64,000 nt of DNA from Macrostomum lignano (taxonomy: Eukaryota): the NCBI GenBank assembly GCA_002269645.1, contig NIVC01000068.1:620001-684000 (forward strand), given 5' to 3'. Positions 56,583-64,000 of this stretch are shown here, piece by piece. The notes below the pieces were generated by a model that did not search any database, was not told the origin of the DNA, and worked only from the letters and a program-made list of their open reading frames with translations. Numbering within the stretch: the stretch's first letter is position 1; every line of letters starts with the position of its first letter. Position numbers and translations under genes: made by a program.

Positions 56583-59500
56583 TCTTTTTAGAAAAATTAT
56601 GGGCCCCTAATAATTAACTTACTGCAACTCTGCACACTTGATTTCTTCAACTAATAAATCTAGTTGACAACTTTGACAGACACTTAGTTGAAGAAATCAG
56701 TAAAATAATAGAGAAGATATAAAAACTCAATGATCAGAGTTAGATTGCCTGCTGCTTAAAGGTCTATAGTGAACAAATTAAAACATGTTAATTAAAAATC
56801 TATAAACTTATAAGTAAACTAAAGATATCTGCTTTGTATGGCAATCATTCTAATCATCTAATCACTAATGTAAATTACATATTCTTTTTTGTATATACAT
56901 GGATATATTTCTAGTATCAATAACAAATGTTGATTATTGCTAATGATAATTACACTCTTAACTAGACAAAATGATAGACCTAGTAAGTTTATTGGCCTTT
57001 AATTAGTTTAAGTGTGTATCTATCAAGTATGTTTTAGTACCTACAAGTTTAATATTTCAATAGTGTTATAGTCTATTTTCTAGTGTTCAAATCTTGCTTT
57101 AACTAAAATATTATTAACTTTGTTAAGCTTAGATGTTTTTTTTTCAATGATAAAGATAACAAGTAGTAGAAAGAGCTTTATATCTAGTTAGCATTAATAT
57201 GAATCAACATTTCACTTACAACATTGAGATATTGTTTTCATTAATGAATATTTATATGCAATAGTCTGAGCCCCTACCTTAAAAAAGTTATACTATACAA
57301 ATTTGGCATATATTTTGTCTATATCTTTAACCCTACTATTTTGGCTAAAGATCAAATTACACTTCTTTAACTTCTCTTACTTTGCTGTAGACACTAGTGG
57401 CATAATGCACCAATATGCTAGATAACTTTGAAGTTATGTTAGGTTGCTTAGGTCTATCTCAAGAGAGTTAGGATTTTTTAACGAGTGTCAACCTAGCTCA
57501 TAGATAGCATCCTTTAGACTATGTATCACAAATCACATTAGTTATCCTCAAGGCAAAGGAAACAATAAACTTGACCTAGGCTTGATTTCAAGTGCAGTGA
57601 ATTGAAATTTGCGGCTAAATTAGAAACTTGGCTTGAAGCTACTTGCATTATTAATACCCTTGAAGGTTAAGATACTCTTATAATTATTCATATGGCAACT
57701 ATAAAGACTAGGCTTATGGCTATAGGCTACTGGAAATTTCTCTAGCATTTTTCTTCTTGCATTTCCCTCCAATGTTTCCTTTCTAGCATTCCCCCTTAGC
57801 AGCATTTTTAATAAACTTTTATATTTAATTTGTTAAATTATAATTTGTTAAGTCATTTACTTGTTTGTCCATTTGATATTTGTTATAAGTTAGGTCTATT
57901 ATGATTTTTAAAACTTGCTACAAAGCATAGAATATTAGCAACCACTTTTATAGTCATATAGCCACATAGCAATTTTCATTTCAAGGGGAAATACTAGAAG
58001 GGAAATGCCAAAGAGGATGCTACTACTGCCTAGAGGGGAAGTGCCAAAGAGGACACTACTACTGCCTAGATGGGAAGTGCTAAAGGGAATCTGTCCTAAA
58101 GGAGAAATTTTTAAAGGGAAATACCTAAAAAACACTAGAATAAAAATGCCAATACTAAATAAGAAATATTTATAAGCTAGACTATATAATACAAGACAGA
58201 GTATCCAATTGATTTGCAATTACATTATTAATACTACTTGTAACAGACCTAATATTTTATCATAAAATAAAATAAGAAAATAGATTTGTAGTTATTAATT
58301 TTTAGGCCTATTTTAGCATAGAATTTAGTGTAAAATGCAAGAATATAACTATGGCCAATCAGATTTTAACTATGTTAAGCTGCATGCTAGTTGTTTTGTT
58401 TGCTGACAATATATCTGCTAAGCAGACAAAGAGTTTCTTTTTAAAACTGTTTTTCTACTGGCTAGATAGGGGTAGGATGATGAGTGGGATAGGGACATTG
58501 CCTACCAACCTCTTTCTTATACATTGTATAAGAAATTGTATTATATATCTTATCTTCTCTCTTCTCTCTACTATCTCATTTTTTAATCTCTAGTCTCCCC
58601 TGTCATTTCTTATCTGTTCTCTTTATTCTCTAGCTCCTTTGCTTTCTATCTCTTTTCTCCTCTCTTCTCTCTCTCATCTCTCTTGTCTTCTCTTGTTTTT
58701 TCCCTATAGCTCTTCTCTCTCTTCTCTCCTCTCTATTTTCTACTCTTATCTTTTCTTTGTACTCTCTTTTCTCCTATTTACTCTCTCGTGTCACCTCCAC
58801 TCTTATCTCTCATATTCTTGAGTCTCTTTTTTTCTCTCTACTCTCCTGTCTCCTCTTTTCTCCCTCCTCTCTTGTCAGTCATCTTTCTGTTTTTGTCAGT
58901 TGTCTTTCCTCTCTTTTCTTTTGTATCTCTTCTCTCCTTTCTACTTTCATCTATTTTCTATTATCTATTATCTCTCTTCTCCTCTATCTGCAGTTTCTGC
59001 CATTTTTAGCATTTGCAATATTTTACATAAAATCAATAGGTTAATTGGACATAGTTCACCAATTTTTATTATGCAATATTCATATATGCACTATATAGTA
59101 TATGCATGATGCATATAATATTATATACAGCTATTTAAACACAAGCTACATGTGACTAAGAAAATGACAAATAAAGATAGTCAAACAAAAGGACAGTTTT
59201 TAATTAAAACTGAGCAAATAATTTTATAGTTATATTCTTATGTCCACTATTTTCAATATGGCAGTACAATGGCTATAGCAACTAAGAGTTTATAGAATAG
59301 TTATACAATCTATTGAAAACATATAATTATGATTAAAACTACAGAACTTCTTCTTTTATTCACATAACAAAAGCATTTAGACTTTTGTCTTGCTCTTCTA
59401 GAGCTATTAACTTTGTTTCCAAAGAATAATGAATATAAATAGCAATGTGTGAGAATGAGTGATATGTTTTACAAACAATTATATTCCAGAATTTTTAAAA

Positions 59501-60100
59501 ACAAAGAAAAGGTTAGCTTTGTTAAAAGTTTATAGTTTTTTAGAGTTTTTTATAGTGGTGGCCCCACCACCAGCGTACTGTGATTTCATTGCAACATTGC
59601 ATTGGCACAGTGTCTAAAAGTCATTTTCAATAGCAAGGTACTTTCATTTATATAGATTATATGTACAATACAATGGCTTTCATTTTTACTGGGGCATGGT
59701 TTAGAAAAGTAGATAAGACAGCACTACTGGCTTAGTCCAGATATTATAATGACACATTAAAATGACTATAACAAAGTTAGGAACTTTACTATCCTATAAG
59801 TTACTGCAATGTCTATTGCCAATATGAATTGTTGTTGAAATATCTGTCTTCAAAGCGTCTTGTCACCTAAGTGTCCAGAAACCTGTTGGTTACCACATCC
59901 ACTAGCTAGCACTGGCAGACAAATAGTCCACTGGCTATTTGCCCAGGGCAGATGAATAGTCCTATATCTATTGTTAGCAGACAAACAAACTGGAAACCTG
60001 TTAAACTAATATTAAATTCAATAAATTGTATATAGTAGGAGTTGAGTGGCTACAAATTAGACAACAAGTAGAACTAGATGGATAACCAAGGTATAGGGCC

Positions 60101-60468
60101 AGGGGGGGGGGGCGTAGCCTAGCAGTCTAGCGTAGGCTCTGGTGTGCCAGCGACCCAGGCTCCATTCCAAGTGCAGTCATATTAATTTGGGGCTGAATTG
60201 GAATCTTGGCTTGGCTCTGCTTGTGCAATTAACGGCCTTGAGAGCCAACCCCCCAAGGCACAGTGAAGTGTACATGCCTAACGATAAAATAAAGTTAGGG
60301 CCGCTGTACACTCTTGTGTGAGTGTGTGCCTGCGTACGTATCTGCGCGCTTGTATGCCTACTCAGGGGAGTTGGTGGAATGGGCAGTAATGCCTCTTGCC
60401 AGTTGTGTGCCTATGTCGCTTAAAGTGCGCCAGGGTGCACACAACCCCCTGCTTCTAATAAAAAAAAT
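60101..60468 (+). mobile_element. tRNA-derived SINE, family A, copy 2, full length with 13-bp TSD
   Basis: aaggtatagggcc at 60088-60100 and 60469-60481; A-rich tail; homologous to 24757-25081. Confidence 0.85.
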
Positions 60469-61330
60469 AAGGTATAGGGCCTAAGGGGTTAAATAAATCA
60501 TCATGATGAATTATACTATTTGTTTAGTTTGTTATACCCTATCCTATACCTTATATACATTTCATTAGCTATATACATTTTAACTTTGGACTTTGGTTTA
60601 ACATATATAAAAAACCAATTGGTCAAAGTTACATACATTAGAAAAATTAGAATACTACAAATAGGCCTACTAGACCTAGCTTTAGACTACAATCAAATTA
60701 TATAGAAATTACTAAAGGGCACTAAGCACATTTATAATTAGACCTCAAATGTTGTCTTATGAAAAGTTTTAAATGTATATATTGAAAGCAATTCATACCA
60801 ACCAAAATTAGAATTAGATAGGCCTATCCTAAAACATTTAAAAAGATATACTATGGCAATAAAAGGGCTTATATTAAGATAGGCCTAGCCTAGGCTTAAG
60901 GCTTTTTAAGCCTTAAGCCATTTATCTAGAATCCAAGCTTTCTTATTAATTAACTAGATTTAAATTAAAAAAGATACAAAACAAAAATGTCAAAACTATA
61001 CAAAAATATAGGCCTACATTTTGTCAAAAAACATTTAAGATTATTTTAAAGTCCAAAAGGACAAAGATGTAACACTGACAGTAATTTTATCACACAACAC
61101 ACAGATTGCTGGTTGTATTTGTAGGGTAGGCCTATAGCATAGGAATTGTACATGATATACAACTATTTATGGCATAGTTCTAGTTCACTTCGTTATATTA
61201 TTTCATAATTCTACTTTACTTCGTTATATTAATTTCATGTATTTTCTTGCAATGCTACGTGCTACCAGAGACCCATAGGCCTATCATCACCAATGGCTGG
61301 CTAGCCTATACAGGGCTATAGAATCACGCA

Positions 61331-61573
61331 GTGGTAAACCACTGTCTATACTTTGTGGATCCAGCTGACCTAATGGTGCACACAAACCGCATTGAGGGGA
61401 TGTGGGCCCTGGCCAAGAGGCGCCTACACACCATGCACAGAATGAGCAACGCACTTTTCGAGGCCTATCTCGAGGAGTATATCTGGTGCCACATGTACCA
61501 TAACAGGCAATGTCTAGAGTTCCGGCACCGGAACCTGTTTTCTAATGTCTCTGGATCTGGCAGTGCATTATAA
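61331..61573 (+). mobile_element. Merlin / IS1595 (ISXO2-like) transposase C-terminal relic
   Basis: VNHCLYFVDP...HTNRIEGMWALAKRRL...YLEEYIW matches the VNH..FVDP..HT..IE..W...K signature. Confidence 0.75.
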
Positions 61574-62149
61574 TATAGAGAGAACATTTTTTTTTCTACA
61601 GGTGGCTAATATTTAGATTTTGTTCTATATAAGATTCAAACAATATGATAAGATTCAAAACAAGATGCTTCTAATGTTCAGACTTCTTAAGATATGTTCT
61701 TAGTAGTGTTTTGTATGCTTTTATACAGCATTGCTGGATCCATAGCTGTTAGAAAATGGGTTCCAGTGCCAGAACTCTAGCCATTACCAACATAACAACC
61801 CTTTTCCCTTTGGCGCCATGCTGTACTGGGCCTCTGTTTATTATCCCATTTAGGACTTGACTTGACCTTGAACCTGAAATTGATAGAAAAACAGGGTAAA
61901 ATAATTTAATGAAAGGCAGAATAATATAACGAAGTAAACTAGAACTATGCCAACTATTTTACTATTATATTATACATTGCTATTGCATAACATTATTACT
62001 GCCACAAAAAATTTTACACATAATATAAATCAAATAAATGTTAACTTTTTCTGTGTAAAAAGTAAGATAAAGTTTCAGTGGAGCTGTAGAGGTAGGTCAT
62101 GTCTTGTATTAGGACAGTTTAATGCAAGTCACAATCCATCCATCCATCC

Positions 62150-63110
62150 ACCTATACTAAATCTCTTCTCTAAGATCTGTTTGTCTGTTTGTCTGTCTGT
62201 AACGCTCTAGGGAGTGCAATTCTTGACCGATTTTGATCGCATTTTCGCCAAAACATTCAAAATTGTCTGGAAAGAAGACAGTTAAAATTTCTTTAATCTG
62301 CTTCAATGCTAAAGAAATTAAATATTCGAGAAACGGTTTTAAATGGGCAAATTCAATGTAATTTTTATCAAACTGCTCGCAGCAATAGAATTCACAGCCA
62401 ATTTTAATGATTGCACCAGAGCCAACTGATAAGAAAACTCACTGGGCCCCACTGGCGAGATAACAAACTCTATTTAAATTGCGCGACCATTAAATGGGTG
62501 AATATAAAAAGTACTCTCGATACTGGCAGATAGCTCTAATTAGCTATCGCTCTATACAGACTGCAATTCTTGACCAATTTTGATCGCGTTTTCGCCAAAA
62601 GATTTATAGTTATCTGAAAAAAGACAGTTAGAATTTCTTTAATCTGCTTCAATGTTCAAGGCATTAAATATTCGAAAATCGAGTTTTCCCTATGCTTTTA
62701 ATGCAAGGTTGAATTCTTAACTGGCTGAATTCCAAATCTAATTTTGATTGCGCCACAACTGTGTACTGCATATTCTCGCTATAGCTGACTCTGAGCTTTT
62801 TAGGTGGAGGCAGTGTGCCGGCACTCTGGAGGGAGAGAGAAATCAGCCAGTGCATTTTAAAAGTATTGAAATTAAAATAATGCTCAGTGGCTGCGTGTGT
62901 ACATTCTTCTCACCCTGGCTGAATGGCGGACTGCATAGACAATTGCTATTTATAGATTTCTCTTAACTGTGCATTGGCTCTGCCAGCACCAAACCTGTGC
63001 ACACTGAGCAGCCTATCACTGCTATGTATTTGACTGCAATGTCGAAGCATATATGGCTGATTTTTGCGCCCTCCAATCAGTAGGCGGAATAGCCGCAGTG
63101 TAGGCACTAG
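62150..63110 (+). mobile_element. possible non-autonomous Helitron-like element with an internal ~125-bp duplication
   Basis: 5' ctatactaa, then a (ctgt/ttgt)n tract and accgattttgat. 62216-62340 is duplicated at 62564-62690. Candidate 3' hairpin gcgg-aatag-ccgc followed by CTAG. Confidence 0.35.
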
Positions 63111-64000
63111 GACTAGGTTTAGGCTAGGCGTAAGGTCCAAGGTTCGAGTCTGCCTCGCAGGCCGATAATTAAAATTAAATAAATTAGTTCATTTATAGCT
63201 TGCGCCTCAACTAATTGAATCATTTTTGATTAATTAGTAAGCCACACTCAATGAATGATTTTTGCTATTCAACACAAGTTGCTAAACAAACTTGATTTTG
63301 TCAATTTGAATTTGATTTGATTTCAGCCAGTGCATTTTAAAATTTGATTTGTAAAAAACTGCTTCGTGTATTATTGCTCCCAAATTGCAGACGATACTGC
63401 TAAATAGCCATACAGCTGAAGGTACTGCTAAATGCTGAGCTGTGCAAAAGACTGCCGATATATATCGCAAAATTGATTAGTGAGCTGTACTAAATACTGA
63501 GCAAATTATCAGATTACTGAAAGAATCATTGCTGAGAAGACTCATTCATGCAGACTGCAATGGGAAAAATTGAAAAAAACTGCTGAGGTATTCCTCCAGA
63601 CATGAGTGTATAGCAGAGCAAGTTGTTGAGGAGATACGAGTAACTGCGGACTGCTGAGTGAATTATTGTAGTTTGCCAATGTTAATAAAAGTTGTGGACA
63701 GCAAGGTGGATACTCGTACCTGCAGGCTGCTAAGAGTATGACTGCAGTCTGTTTGCAGGATTAGAAGTGATAGCTAATTTCAGGTTGTTGTGGGGATAAC
63801 TGCCGATTTCTGGGGGGGGGGTTAACTTCAAAGTGCGAAGTTACTAAACTTCTAGAATAGTATAAGTCTTTTAGTAGAAGGTCGGCAGTTCGAGTCTACA
63901 TTGAAGTAGCGAATTTATCTTTGTGACAATAATCATTGTTTCCTATGGGGATTCATGCAAATTTTTTACATTTTATTTTGTATACTTATGCTTTTGCTGG

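Overview
Animal genomic DNA with spliceosomal introns. The GC-rich codons, Ala-rich low-complexity stretches and huge (GACA)n and minisatellite arrays suggest a Macrostomum-like flatworm; this is an inference, not a database match. Genes assembled by eye from GT-AG exons: the 3' part of a DEG/ENaC channel (+), a GT32 DXD glycosyltransferase plus an orphan paralogous first exon (+), a TRPV-like channel (+), a PTB-domain protein (+), AMP deaminase (-), PCMT/PIMT (+), a synaptotagmin-like TM plus tandem C2 gene (-) and PIP4K2 (-). The first 14 kb is dense in transposon relics (piggyBac fold-back, Crypton, Tc1, mariner, THAP); a SINE pair, a LINE fragment, Merlin and a possible Helitron occur elsewhere. 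Three things stand out. (1) Two sharply bounded multi-kb CpG-void, TpA-rich domains lie 5' of PCMT and PIP4K2; a SINE copy inside one shows directional C>T change at CpG and CpA, which suggests localized methylation-driven or RIP-like hypermutation. (2) Almost every intron and 3' flank of the conserved genes holds its own unrelated tandem array. (3) The GT32 paralog pair shares a 286-bp tract with only synonymous differences. All counts were done by hand.
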